Shown one piece after another: positions 38,301-50,980 of a DNA stretch of 64,000 bases. The DNA is taken from contig OZ024743.1 in assembly GCA_964016885.1 (NCBI GenBank), forward strand, positions 136,338,001 through 136,402,000, given 5' to 3'. A model generated the notes under the pieces. The model was given only the letters and a program-made list of their open reading frames with translations. It did not search any database and was not told where the DNA came from. Both the position numbers and the translations under genes were made by a program. Numbering within the stretch: the stretch's first letter is position 1; each line of letters starts with the position of its first letter. The DNA comes from Eledone cirrhosa. Its lineage: Eukaryota.

Positions 38301-41300
38301 GTTGTTTGGTGCTAGGGGCTTAGTGCTTGGTGCTTGGTGTTTGGTGCTTGGTGCTTGCTGTTTGGTGTTTGGTGCTTGGTGCGTGGGACTTAGTGTTTGG
38401 TGTTTGGTGCTTGGTGTTTGGTGCTTGGTGTTTGGGGCTTGGTGTTCGGTGCTTGGTGCCTGGTGCTTGGGGCTTGGTGTTTGGTGTTTGGTGCTTGGTG
38501 CTTGGTGTTTGATGTTGGGTCCTTGGTGCTTGGTGCTTGGTGTTTGGTGCTTGGTGTTTGGTGCTTGGTGCTTGATCTTTGGTGTTTGGTTCTTGGTGCT
38601 TGGTGTTTGGTGTTTGGTGTTTGGTGCTTGGTGCTTGGTGCTTGGTGTTTGGTGCTTGGTGCATGGTACTTGGTGCTGCGTGCTTGGTGTTTGGTGTTTG
38701 GTGCTTGGTGCCTGGTGCTTGTTGTTTGGTGTTTGGTGCTTAATGCTTGGTGTTTGGTGTTTGGTGCTTGGTGCTTGGTGGCTGGTGTTTGGTGCTTGGT
38801 GTTTGGAGTTTGCTGCTTGGTGCTTGGTGCCTGGTGTTTCGTGCTTGGTGCTTGGTGCTTGGTGTTTCGTGTTTGGTGCTTGGTGTTTGGTGCTTGGTGC
38901 TTGGTGCTTGGTGCTTGGTGTTTGGTGCTTGGTGTTTGATGCTGCGTGCTTGGTGTTTGGTGTTTGGTGCTTGGTGCTTGGTGTTTGGTGTTTGGAGCTT
39001 GGTGCCTGGTGCTTGTTGTTTGGTGTTTGGTGCTTGGTGCTTGGTGATTGGTTTTTGGTGCTTGGTGCTTGGTGCTTGGTATCTGGTGTTTGGTGCTTGA
39101 TGTTTGGTGTTTGGTGTTTGGTGCTTGCTGCTTGGCGCTTGGTGTTTGGTGTTTGGTGCTTGGTGCTTGGTGTTTGGTGCTTGGTGTTTGTTGCTTTGTG
39201 TTTGGTGTTTGGTGTTTGGTACCTGGTGCTTGGTGCTTGGTGCTTGTTGTTTGGTGCTTGGTGCTTGGTGATTAGTGTTTGGTGCTTGGTGCTTGCGGTT
39301 TGGTGTTTGGTGCTTGGGGTTTGGTGTTTGCTGCTTGGTGCTTGGTGTTTGGTGCTTTGTGCTTGGTGCTTGGTGTTTGGTGCTTGGTGCTTGGAGTTTG
39401 GTGCTTGGTGCTTGGTGTTTGGTGTTTGGCATTTGCTGTTTGCTGTTTGCTTTTTGGTGTTTGCTGTTTGCTGTTTGCTGTTTGGTGTTTGCTGTTTGGT
39501 GCTTGATGTTTGGTGCTTGGTGCTTGGCGTTTGGTGTTTGGTGTTTGGTGCTTGGTGCTTGGTGCTGGGTGTTTGGTGCTTGGTGCTTGGTGTTTGGTGC
39601 TTGGTGCTTGTTGCTTGGTGTTTGGTCCTTGGTGCTTGGTGCTTGGGTTTTGGTGTTTGGTGCTTGCTGTTTGGTGCTTGCTCTTTGGTGCTTGGTGCTT
39701 GGTGATTCGTGTTTGGTGATTGGTGCTTGGGGTTTGGTGTTTGGTGCTTGGTGTTTGGTGCTTGGTGCTTGCTGTTTGGTGTTTGGTGTTTGGTTTTGGT
39801 GCTTGGTGTTTGATGTTTGGTGTTTGGTGCTTGGTGCTTGGTGTTTGGTGCTGCGTGCTTGGTGTTTGGTGTTTGGTGCTTGGTGCCTGGTGCTTGTTGT
39901 TTGGTGTTTGGTGCTTAGTGCTTGGTGTTTGGTGTTTGGTGCTTGGTGGCTGGTGCTTGGTGCTTGGTGTTTCGTGCTTGGGGCTTGGTGCTTGGTGTTT
40001 GGTGTTTGGTGCTTGGTGTTTTGTGTTTGGTACTTGGTGCTTGGTGCTTGGTGCTTGGTGTTTGGTGCTTGGTGTTTGATGCTGCGTGCTTGATGTTTGG
40101 TGTTTGGTGCTTGGTACTTGGTGCTTGGTGTTTGGTGTTTGGTGCTTGGTGCTTGGTGTTTGGTGCTTGGTGTTTGGTGTTTGGTGTTTGATGCTTGGTG
40201 TTTGCTGCTTGGTGCTTGGTGCTTGGTGTTTTGTGTTTGGTGCTTGGTACTTGGTGATTAGTGTTTGGTGCTTGGTGCTTGCGGTTTGGTGTTTGGTGCT
40301 TGGGGTTTGGTGTTTGGTGCTTGGTGCTTGCTGCTTGGTGCTTGGTGTTTGGTGCTTGGTGCTTGGTGTTTGGTGTTTGGTGCTTGGGGTTTGGTGTTTG
40401 TTGCTTGGTGCTTGGAGTTTGGTGCTTGGTGCTTGGTGTTTGGAGTTTGGTGCTTGGTGCTTGGTGCCTGGTGCTTGTTGTTTGGTGTTTGGTGCTTAGT
40501 GGTTGGTGTTTGGTGTTTGGTGCTTTGTGCTTGGTGGCTGGTGTTTGGTGCTTGGTGTTTGGAGTTTGGTGTTTGGTGCTTGGTGCCTGGTGTTTCGTGC
40601 TTGGTGCTTGGTGCTTGGTGTCTGGTGTTTGGTGCTTGGTGTTTGGTGTTTGGTACTTGGTGCTTGGTGCTTGGTGCTTGGTGTTTGGTGCTTGGTGTTT
40701 GATGCTGCGTGCTTGGTGTTTGGTGTTTGGTGCTTGGTGCTTGGTGTTTGGTATTTGGAGCTTGGTGCCTGGTGCTTGTTGTTTGGTGTTTTGTGCTTGG
40801 TGCTTGGTGTTTGGTGTTTGGCGTTTGGTGCTTGGTGCTTGGTATCTGGTTTTTGGTGCTTGATGTTTGGTGTTTGGTGCTTGGTGCTTGGTGCTTGGTG
40901 TTTTGTGTTTGGTGCTTGGTGCTTGGTGCCTGCTGCTTGGTGAATGGTGCTTGTTGTTTGGTGCTTGGTGCTTGGTGATTAGTGTTTGGTGCTTGGTGCT
41001 TGCGGTTTGGTGTTTGGTGCTTGGGGTTTGGTATTTGGTGCTTGGTGCTTGGTGTTTGGTGCTTGGTGCTTGGTGCTTGGTGTTTGGTGCTTGGTGCTTG
41101 GTGTTTGGTGCTTGGTGCTTGGTGTTTGGTGTTTGGCGTTTGCTGTTTGCTGTTTGGTGTTTGCTGTTTGCTGTTTGGTGTTTGCTGTTTGGTGTTTGGT
41201 GTTTGGTGCTTGCTGTTTGGTGCTTGGTGCTTGGTGTTTGGTGTTTGGTGTTTGGTGCTTGGTGCTTGGTGTTTGGTGCTTGGTGCTTGGTGCTGGGTGT

Positions 41301-43690
41301 TTGGTGCTTGGTGCTTGGTGTTTGGTGCTTGGTGCTTGGTGCCTGGTGTTTGGTCCTTGGTGCTTGGTGCTTGGTGCTTGGTGCTTGCTGTTTGGTGTTT
41401 GGTGTTTGGTTCTTGGTGCTTGGTGTTTGGTGTTTGGTGTTTGGTGCTTGGTGCTTGGTGCTTGGTGTTTGGTGCTTGGTGCTTGGTGATTAGTGTTTGG
41501 TGATTGGTGCTTGGGATTTGGTGTTTGGTGCTTGGTGTTTGGTGCTTGGTGCTTGCTGTTTGGTGTTTGGTGTTTTGTTCTTGGTGCTTGGTGTTTGGTG
41601 TTTGGTGTTTGGTGCTTGGTGCTTGGTGCTTGGTGTTTGGTGCTTGGTGCTTGGTGCTTGGTGTTTGGTGCTGCGTGCTTGGTGTTTGGTGTTTGGTGCT
41701 TGGTGCCTGGGGCTTGTTGTTTGGTGTTTGGTGCTTAGTGCTTGGTGTTTGGTGTTTGGTGCTTGGTGCTTGGTGGCTGGTGCTTGGTGCTTGGTGTTTG
41801 GAGTTTGGTGCTTGGTGCTTGGTGCCTGGTGTTTCGTGCTTGGTGCTTGGTGCTTTGTGTTTGGTGTTTGGTGTTTGGTGTTTGGTGTTTGGTACTTGGT
41901 GCTTGGTGCTTGGTGTTTGGTGCTTGGTGTTTGGTGATTGGTGCTTGGTGCTTGGTGCTTGGTGCTTGGTGTTAGGTGTTTGGTCCTTGGTGCTTGTTGT
42001 TTGGTGTTTTGTGCTTGGTGCTTGGCGTTTGGTGTTTGGCGCTAGGGGCTTGGTGCTTGATGCTTGGTGTTTGGTGCTTGGTGCGTGGGACTTAGTGTTT
42101 GGTGTTTGGTGTTTGGTGCTTGGTGTTTGGTGTTTGGTGCTTGGTGCTTGGTGTTTGGCGCTTGGTGCTTGGTGCTTGGTGTTTGGTGCTTGGTGCTTGG
42201 TGCTTGGTGCTTGGTGATTAGTGTTTGGTGCTTGGTGCTTGGTGCCTGGTGCTTGGTGCTTGGTGCTTGTTGTTTGGTGCTTGGTGTTTGGTGCTTGGTG
42301 TTTGGTGCTTGGTGCTTGGTGTTTGGTGTTTGGTGCTTGGTGCTTGGGGCTTGGTCTTTGGTGCTTAGTGTTTGGTGCTTGGTGTTTGGTGCTTGGTGCT
42401 TGGTGCTTGGTCTTTGGTGCTTGGTGTTTGGTGTTTGGTACTTGGTGCCTGGTGTTTGGCGCTTGGTGCTTGGTGCTTGGTGTTTGGTGCTTGGTGTTTG
42501 GTGCTTGGTGATTAGTGTTTGGTGCTTGGTGCTTGGTGCCTGGTGCTTGGTGCTTGGTGCTTGATGTTTCGTGCTTGGTGCTTGGTGATTAGTGTTTGGT
42601 TCTTGGTGCTTTGGGTTTGGTGTTTGGTGCTTGGGGTTTGGTGTTTGGTGCTTGGTGCTTGGTGTTTGGTGCTTGGTGCTTGGTGTTTGGTGCTTGGTGC
42701 TTTGTGTTTGGTGCTTGGTGTTTGGTGCTTGGTGCTTGGTGCTTGGTTCTTGGTGTTAGGTGTTTGGTGCTTGGTGATTGGTGTTTGATGTTAGGTTCTT
42801 GGTGCTTGGTGTTTGGTGCTTGCTGCTTGGTGCTTGGTGTTTTGTGTTTGGAGTTTGGTGCTTGGTGTTTGGTGCTTCGGTCTTGGTGTTTGGTGTTTGG
42901 TGCTTGGTGCCTGGGGCTTGTTGTTTGGTGTTTAGTGCTTAGTGCTTGGTGTTTGGTGTTTGGTGCTTGGTGCTTGGTGGCTGGTGCTTGGTGCTTGGTG
43001 TTTGCAGTTTGGTGCTTGGTGCTTGGTGCCTGGTGTTTCGTGCTTGGTGCTTGGTGCTTGGTGTTTGGTGTTTGGTGCTTGGTGTTTGGTGTTTGGTACT
43101 TGGTGCTTGGTGCTTGGTGTTTGGTGCTTGCTGTTTGGTGCTTGGTGCTTGGTGCTTGGTGCTTGGTGTCAGGTGTTTGGTGCTTGGTGCTTGGTGTTTG
43201 ATGTTTGGTCCTTGGTGCTTGTTGTTTGGTGTTTGGTGCTTCGTGCTTGGTGTTTGGTGTTTGGTGCTTGCTGCTTGCTGCTTGGTGTTTGGTGCTTGGT
43301 GATTGGTGCTTGGTGTTTTGTGCCTGGTGCTTGGTGTTTGGTGTTTGCTGCTAGGGGCTTGGTGCTTGATGCTTGGTGTTTGGTGCTTGGTGCTTGCTGT
43401 TTGGTGTTTGGTGCTTGGTGCGTGGGACTTAGTGTTTGGTGTTTGGTGCTTGGTGTTTGGTGCTTGGTGTTTGGTGCTTGGTGCTTGGTGTTTGGTGTTT
43501 GGTGCTTGGTGCTTGGGGCTTGGTCTTTGGTGCTTAGTGTTTGGTGCTTGGTGTTTGGTGCTTGGTGCTTGGTGCTTGGTGTTTGGTGTTTGGTGTTTGG
43601 TGCTTGGTGTTTGGTGCTTGTTGCTTGGTGCTGGGTGGTTGGTGTTTGGTGTTTGGTGCTTGGTGCTTGGTGCTTATTGTTTGGTGCTTG
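30775..43690 (+). repeat. Tandem duplication of about 6.5 kb with later internal indels
   Basis: Offset is 6506 (30855/37361 to 34203/40709), then 6408 (34574/40982), 6271 (36325/42596) and 6397 (GCGTGGGAC at 37023/43420). Junction near 37280. Confidence 0.9.
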
Positions 43691-46600
43691 GTGCTTGGTG
43701 CTTGGTGCTTGGTCTTTGGTGCTTGGTGTTTGGTGTTTGGTGCTTGGTGCCTGGTGTTTGGCGCTTGGTGCTTGGTGCTTGGTGTTTGGTGCTTGGTGTT
43801 TGGTGCTTGGTGATTAGTGTTTGGTGCTTGGTGCTTGGTGCCTGGTGCTTGGTGCTTGGTGCTTGATGTTTGGTGCTTGGTGATTAGTGTTTGGTGCTTG
43901 GTGCTTTGGGTTTGGTGTTTGGTGCTTGGGGTTTGGTGTTTGGTGCTTGGTGCTTGGTGTTTGGTGCTTGGTGCTTGGTGTTTGGTGCTTGGTGCTTTGT
44001 GTTTGGTGCTTGGTGTTTGGTGCTTGGTGCTTGGTGCTTGGTGCTTGGTGTTAGGTGTTTGGTGCTTGATGATTGGTGTTTGATGTTAGGTTCTTGGTGC
44101 TTGGTGTTTGGTGCTTGGTGCTTGGTGCTTGGTGTTTGGTGTTTGGTGCTTGCTACTTGGTGCTTGGTGTTTTGTGTTTGGATTTTGGTGCTTGGTGTTT
44201 GGTGCTTCGGTCTTGGTGTTTGGTGTTTGGTGCTTGGTGCTTGGTGTTTGGTGTTTGGTGCCTGGTGCTTGGTGTTCGGTGCTTGGTGTTTGGTGCTTGG
44301 TGCTTGGTGCTTGGTGCTTGGTGTTAGGCGTTTGGTGCTTGGTGCTTGGTGTTTGATGTTTGGTCCATTGTGCTTGGTGTTTGGTATTTTGTTCTTGGTG
44401 CTTGGTGTTTGGTGTTTGGTGCTTGGTGCTTGGTGTTTGGTGTTTGGTGCTTGCTGCTTGCTGCTTGGTGTTTGGTGCTAGGGGCTTGGTGCTTGGTGTT
44501 TCGTGTTTGGTGCTTGGTGCTTGGTGTTTGGTGTTTGGTGCTTGGTGCGTGGGACTTGGTCTTTGGTGCTTGGTGTTTGGTGCTTGGTGTTTGGTGCTTG
44601 GTGCCGGGTGCTTGGTGTTTGGTGTTTGGTGCTTGGTGTTTGGTGCTTGTTGTTTGGTGATTGGTGTTCGGTGCTTGGTGCTTGGTGCTTGGTGCTTGGT
44701 GTTTGGTGTTTGGTGCTTGGTGATTGGTGTTTGATGTTTGGTCCTTGGTGCTTGGTGTTTGGTGTTGTGTGCTTGGTGATTGGTGCTTGGTGTTTGGTGC
44801 TTGGTTCTTGGTGCTTGGTGTTTGGCGTTTGCTGTTTGCTGTTTGGTGGTTGGTGTTTGCTGTTTGGTGTTTGCTGTTTGGTGTTTGGTGTTTGGTGCTT
44901 GCTGTTTGGTGCTTGGTGCTTGGTGTTTGGTGTTTGGTGCTTGGTGTTTGGTGCTTGGTGCTTGGTGCTGGGTGTTTGGTGCTTGGTGCTTGGTGTTTGG
45001 TGCTCGGTGCTTGGTGCTTGGTGTTTGGTCCTTGGTGCTTGGTGCTTGGTCTTTGGTGCTTGGGTTTTGGTCTTTGGTGCTTGGTGCTTGGTGTTTGGTG
45101 CTTGGTGCTTGGTGCTTGGTGTTTGGTGCTTGCTGCTTGGTGCTTGGTGTTTGGTGCTTGGTGCTTGGTGATTAGTGTTTGGTGATTGGTGCTTGGGGTT
45201 TGGTGTTTAGGGCTTGGTGTTTGGTGCTTGGTGCTTGCTGTTTGGTGTTTGGTGCTGGGTGTTTGGTGTTTGGTGCTTGGTGCTTGGGGCTTGGTCTTTG
45301 GTGCTTAGTGTTTGGTGCTTGGTGTTTGGTGCTTGGTGCTTGGTGCTTGGTCTTTGGTGCTTGGTGTTTGGTGTTTGGTACTTGGTGCCTGGTGTTTGGC
45401 GCTTGGTGCTTGGTGCTTGGTGTTTGGTGCTTGGTGTTTGGTGCTTGGTGATTAGTGTTTGGTGCTTGGTGCTTGGTGCCTGGTGCTTGGTGCTTGGTGC
45501 TTGATGTTTCGTGCTTGGTGCTTGGTGATTAGTGTTTGGTTCTTGGTGCTTTGGGTTTGGTGTTTGGTGCTTGGGGTTTGGTGTTTGGTGCTTGGTGCTT
45601 GGTGTTTGGTGCTTGGTGCTTGGTGTTTGGTGCTTGGTGCTTTGTGTTTGGTGCTTGGTGTTTGGTGCTTGGTGCTTGGTGCTTGGTTCTTGGTGTTAGG
45701 TGTTTGGTGCTTGGTGATTGGTGTTTGATGTTAGGTTCTTGGTGCTTGGTGTTTGGTGCTTGCTGCTTGGTGCTTGGTGTTTTGTGTTTGGAGTTTGGTG
45801 CTTGGTGTTTGGTGCTTCGGTCTTGGTGTTTGGTGTTTGGTGCTTGGTGCCTGGGGCTTGTTGTTTGGTGTTTAGTGCTTAGTGCTTGGTGTTTGGTGTT
45901 TGGTGCTTGGTGCTTGGTGGCTGGTGCTTGGTGCTTGGTGTTTGCAGTTTGGTGCTTGGTGCTTGGTGCCTGGTGTTTCGTGCTTGGTGCTTGGTGCTTG
46001 GTGTTTGGTGTTTGGTGCTTGGTGTTTGGTGTTTGGTACTTGGTGCTTGGTGCTTGGTGTTTGGTGCTTGCTGTTTGGTGCTTGGTGCTTGGTGCTTGGT
46101 GCTTGGTGTCAGGTGTTTGGTGCTTGGTGCTTGGTGTTTGATGTTTGGTCCTTGGTGCTTGTTGTTTGGTGTTTGGTGCTTCGTGCTTGGTGTTTGGTGT
46201 TTGGTGCTTGCTGCTTGCTGCTTGGTGTTTGGTGCTTGGTGATTGGTGCTTGGTGTTTTGTGCCTGGTGCTTGGTGTTTGGTGTTTGCTGCTAGGGGCTT
46301 GGTGCTTGATGCTTGGTGTTTGGTGCTTGGTGCTTGCTGTTTGGTGTTTGGTGCTTGGTGCGTGGGACTTAGTGTTTGGTGTTTGGTGCTTGGTGTTTGG
46401 TGCTTGGTGTTTGGTGCTTGGTGCTTGGTGTTTGGTGTTTGGTGCTTGGTGCTTGGGGCTTGGTCTTTGGTGCTTAGTGTTTGGTGCTTGGTGTTTGGTG
46501 CTTGGTGCTTGGTGCTTGGTGTTTGGTGTTTGGTGTTTGGTGCTTGGTGTTTGGTGCTTGTTGCTTGGTGCTGGGTGGTTGGTGTTTGGTGTTTGGTGCT

Positions 46601-48203
46601 TGGTGCTTGGTGCTTATTGTTTGGTGCTTGGTGCTTGGTGCTTGGTGCTTGGTCTTTGGTGCTTGGTGTTTGGTGTTTGGTGCTTGGTGCCTGGTGTTTG
46701 GCGCTTGGTGCTTGGTGCTTGGTGTTTGGTGCTTGGTGTTTGGTGCTTGGTGATTAGTGTTTGGTGCTTGGTGCTTGGTGCCTGGTGCTTGGTGCTTGGT
46801 GCTTGATGTTTGGTGCTTGGTGATTAGTGTTTGGTGCTTGGTGCTTTGGGTTTGGTGTTTGGTGCTTGGGGTTTGGTGTTTGGTGCTTGGTGCTTGGTGT
46901 TTGGTGCTTGGTGCTTGGTGTTTGGTGCTTGGTGCTTTGTGTTTGGTGCTTGGTGTTTGGTGCTTGGTGCTTGGTGCTTGGTGCTTGGTGTTAGGTGTTT
47001 GGTGCTTGATGATTGGTGTTTGATGTTAGGTTCTTGGTGCTTGGTGTTTGGTGCTTGGTGCTTGGTGCTTGGTGTTTGGTGTTTGGTGCTTGCTACTTGG
47101 TGCTTGGTGTTTTGTGTTTGGATTTTGGTGCTTGGTGTTTGGTGCTTCGGTCTTGGTGTTTGGTGTTTGGTGCTTGGTGCTTGGTGTTTGGTGTTTGGTG
47201 CCTGGTGCTTGGTGTTCGGTGCTTGGTGTTTGGTGCTTGGTGCTTGGTGCTTGGTGCTTGGTGTTAGGCGTTTGGTGCTTGGTGCTTGGTGTTTGATGTT
47301 TGGTCCATTGTGCTTGGTGTTTGGTATTTTGTTCTTGGTGCTTGGTGTTTGGTGTTTGGTGCTTGGTGCTTGGTGTTTGGTGTTTGGTGCTTGCTGCTTG
47401 CTGCTTGGTGTTTGGTGCTAGGGGCTTGGTGCTTGGTGTTTCGTGTTTGGTGCTTGGTGCTTGGTGTTTGGTGTTTGGTGCTTGGTGCGTGGGACTTGGT
47501 CTTTGGTGCTTGGTGTTTGGTGCTTGGTGTTTGGTGCTTGGTGCCGGGTGCTTGGTGTTTGGTGTTTGGTGCTTGGTGTTTGGTGCTTGTTGTTTGGTGA
47601 TTGGTGTTCGGTGCTTGGTGCTTGGTGCTTGGTGCTTGGTGTTTGGTGTTTGGTGCTTGGTGATTGGTGTTTGATGTTTGGTCCTTGGTGCTTGGTGTTT
47701 GGTGTTGTGTGCTTGGTGATTGGTGCTTGGTGTTTGGTGCTTGGTTCTTGGTGCTTGGTGTTTGGCGTTTGCTGTTTGCTGTTTGGTGGTTGGTGTTTGC
47801 TGTTTGGTGTTTGCTGTTTGGTGTTTGGTGTTTGGTGCTTGCTGTTTGGTGCTTGGTGCTTGGTGTTTGGTGTTTGGTGCTTGGTGTTTGGTGCTTGGTG
47901 CTTGGTGCTGGGTGTTTGGTGCTTGGTGCTTGGTGTTTGGTGCTCGGTGCTTGGTGCTTGGTGTTTGGTCCTTGGTGCTTGGTGCTTGGTCTTTGGTGCT
48001 TGGGTTTTGGTCTTTGGTGCTTGGTGCTTGGTGTTTGGTGCTTGGTGCTTGGTGCTTGGTGTTTGGTGCTTGCTGCTTGGTGCTTGGTGTTTGGTGCTTG
48101 GTGCTTGGTGATTAGTGTTTGGTGATTGGTGCTTGGGGTTTGGTGTTTAGGGCTTGGTGTTTGGTGCTTGGTGCTTGCTGTTTGGTGTTTGGTGCTGGGT
48201 GTT
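42318..48203 (+). repeat. Tandem duplication, 2 x 2940 bp (420 units)
   Basis: ORF pairs 42519/45459, 42942/45882, 43891/46831 and 44780/47720 are all offset by 2940 with matching translations. Junction near 45260. Confidence 0.94.
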
Positions 48204-48229
48204 AGGTGCTTGGTGCTTGGTGTTTGGTG

Positions 48230-50980
48230 CTTGGTGCTTGGTGCTTGGTGCTTGGTGTTTGGTGCTTGGTGCTTGGTGCTTGGTGCTTGCTGTTTGGTGT
48301 TTGGTGTTTGGTTCTTGGTGCTTGGTGTTTGGTGTTTGGTGTTTGGTGCTTGGTGCTTGGTGCTTGGTGTTTGGTGCTTGGGGTTTGGTGTTTGGTGCTT
48401 GGTGTTTGGTGCTTGGTGCTTGCTGTTTGGTGTTTGGTGTTTGGTTCTTGGTGTTTGGTGTTTGGTATTTGGTGTTTGGTGCTTGGTGCTTGGTGCTTGG
48501 TGTTTGGTGCTTGGTGCTTGGTGCTTGGTGTTTTGTGTTTGGTGCTTGGTACTTGGTGATTAGTGTTTGGTGCTTGGTGCTTGCGGTTTGGTGTTTGGTG
48601 CTTGGGGTTTGGTGTTTGGTGCTTGGTGCTTGCTGCTTGGTGCTTGGTGTTTGGTGCTTGGTGCTTGGTGTTTGGTGTTTGGTGCTTGGGGTTTGGTGTT
48701 TGGTGCTTGGTGTTTGGAGTTTGGTGCTTGGTGCTTGGTGTTTGGAGTTTGGTGCTTGGTGCTTGGTGCCTGGTGCTTGTTTTTTGGTGTTTGGTGCTTA
48801 GTGGTTGGTGTTTGGTGTTTGGTGCTTGGTGTTTGGTGGCTGGTGTTTGGTGCTTGGTGTTTGGAGTTTGGTGTTTGGTGCTTGGTGCCTGGTGTTTCGT
48901 GCTTGGTGCCTGGTGCTTGGTGTCTGGTGTTTGGTGCTTGGTGCTTGGTGTTTGGTGTTTGGTGCTTGGGGTTTGGTGTTTGGTGCTTGGTGCTTGGAGT
49001 TTGGTGCTTGGTGCTTGGTGTTTGGAGTTTGGTGCTTGGTGCTTGGTGCCTGGTGCTTGTTGTTTGGTGTTTGGTGCTTAGTGGTTGGTGTTTGGTGTTT
49101 GGTGCTTGGTGCTTGGTGGCTGGTGTTTGGTGCTTGGTGTTTGGAGTTTGGTGTTTGGTGCTTGGTGCCTGGTGTTTCGTGCTTGGTGCTTGGTGCTTGG
49201 TGTCTGGTGTTTGGTGCTTGGTGTTTGGTGTTTGGTACTTGGTGCTTGGTGCTTGGTGCTTGGTGTTTGGTGCTTGGTGTTTGATGCTGCGTGCTTGGTG
49301 TTTGGTGTTTGGTGCTTGGTGCTTGGTGTTTGGTATTTGGAGCTTGGTGCCTGGTGCTTGTTGTTTGGTGTTTGGTGTTTGGTGCTTGGTGCTTGGTGTT
49401 TGGTGTTTGGCGTTTGGTGCTTGGTGCTTGGTATCTGGTGTTTGGTGCTTGATGTTTGGTGTTTGGTGCTTGGTGCTTGGTGTTTGGTGTTTGGTGCTTG
49501 GTGCTTGGTGTTTGGTGCTTGGTGTTTGGTGTTTGGTGTTTGATGCTTGGTGTTTGGTGCTTGGTGCGTGGGACTTGGTCTTTGGTGCTTGGTGTTTGGT
49601 GCTTGGTGTTTGGTGCTTGGTGCCGGGTGCTTGGTGTTTGGTGTTTGGTGCTTGGTGTTTGGTGCTTGTTGTTTGGTGCTTGGTGCTTGGTGTTTGGTGC
49701 TTGGTGCTTGGTGCTTGGTGCTTGCTGTTTGGTGTTTGGTGTTTGGTTCTTGGTGCTTGGTGTTTGGTGTTTGGTGTTTGGTGCTTGGTGCTTGGTGCTT
49801 GGTGTTTGGTGCTTGGGGTTTGGTGTTTGGTGCTTGGTGTTTGGTGCTTGGTGCTTGCTGTTTGGTGTTTGGTGTTTGGTTCTTGGTGTTTGGTGTTTGG
49901 TATTTGGTGTTTGGTGCTTGGTGCTTGGTGCTTGGTGTTTGGTGCTTGGTGCTTGGTGCTTGGTGTTTTGTGTTTGGTGCTTGGTACTTGGTGATTAGTG
50001 TTTGGTGCTTGGTGCTTGCGGTTTGGTGTTTGGTGCTTGGGGTTTGGTGTTTGGTGCTTGGTGCTTGCTGCTTGGTGCTTGGTGTTTGGTGCTTGGTGCT
50101 TGGTGTTTGGTGTTTGGTGCTTGGGGTTTGGTGTTTGGTGCTTGGTGCTTGGAGTTTGGTGCTTGGTGCTTGGTGTTTGGAGTTTGGTGCTTGGTGCTTG
50201 GTGCCTGGTGCTTGTTGTTTGGTGTTTGGTGCTTAGTGGTTGGTGTTTGGTGTTTGGTGCTTGGTGTTTGGTGGCTGGTGTTTGGTGCTTGGTGTTTGGA
50301 GTTTGGTGTTTGGTGCTTGGTGCCTGGTGTTTCGTGCTTGGTGCTTGGTGCTTGGTGTCTGGTGTTTGGTGCTTGGTGCTTGGTGTTTGGTGTTTGGTGC
50401 TTGGGGTTTGGTGTTTGGTGCTTGGTGCTTGGAGTTTGGTGCTTGGTGCTTGGTGTTTGGAGTTTGGTGCTTGGTGCTTGGTGCCTGGTGCTTGTTGTTT
50501 GGTGTTTGGTGCTTAGTGGTTGGTGTTTGGTGTTTGGTGCTTGGTGCTTGGTGGCTGGTGTTTGGTGCTTGGTGTTTGGAGTTTGGTGTTTGGTGCTTGG
50601 TGCCTGGTGTTTCGTGCTTGGTGCTTGGTGCTTGGTGTCTGGTGTTTGGTGCTTGGTGTTTGGTGTTTGGTACTTGGTGCTTGGTGCTTGGTGCTTGGTG
50701 TTTGGTGCTTGGTGTTTGATGCTGCGTGCTTGGTGTTTGGTGTTTGGTGCTTGGTGCTTGGTGTTTGGTATTTGGAGCTTGGTGCCTGGTGCTTGTTGTT
50801 TGGTGTTTGGTGCTTGGTGCTTGGTGTTTGGTGTTTGGCGTTTGGTGCTTGGTGCTTGGTATCTGGTGTTTGGTGCTTGATGTTTGGTGTTTGGTGCTTG
50901 GTGCTTGGTGTTTGGTGTTTGGTGCTTGGTGCTTGGTGTTTGGTGCTTGGTGTTTGGTGTTTGGTGTTTGATGCTTGGTG
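48230..50980 (+). repeat. Tandem duplication of about 1435 bp (205 units), each copy carrying an internal 280-bp duplication
   Basis: 48563/49998, 48805/50240 and 49085/50520 are offset by 1435. 48805/49085 and 50240/50520 are offset by 280. Confidence 0.87.

Noticed and set aside
45206-45212. TTTAGGG (also at 48146) and many TTAGG matches to canonical telomere motifs
   Set aside because: They are isolated variant units, never in tandem, and are expected from one or two substitutions of the consensus.
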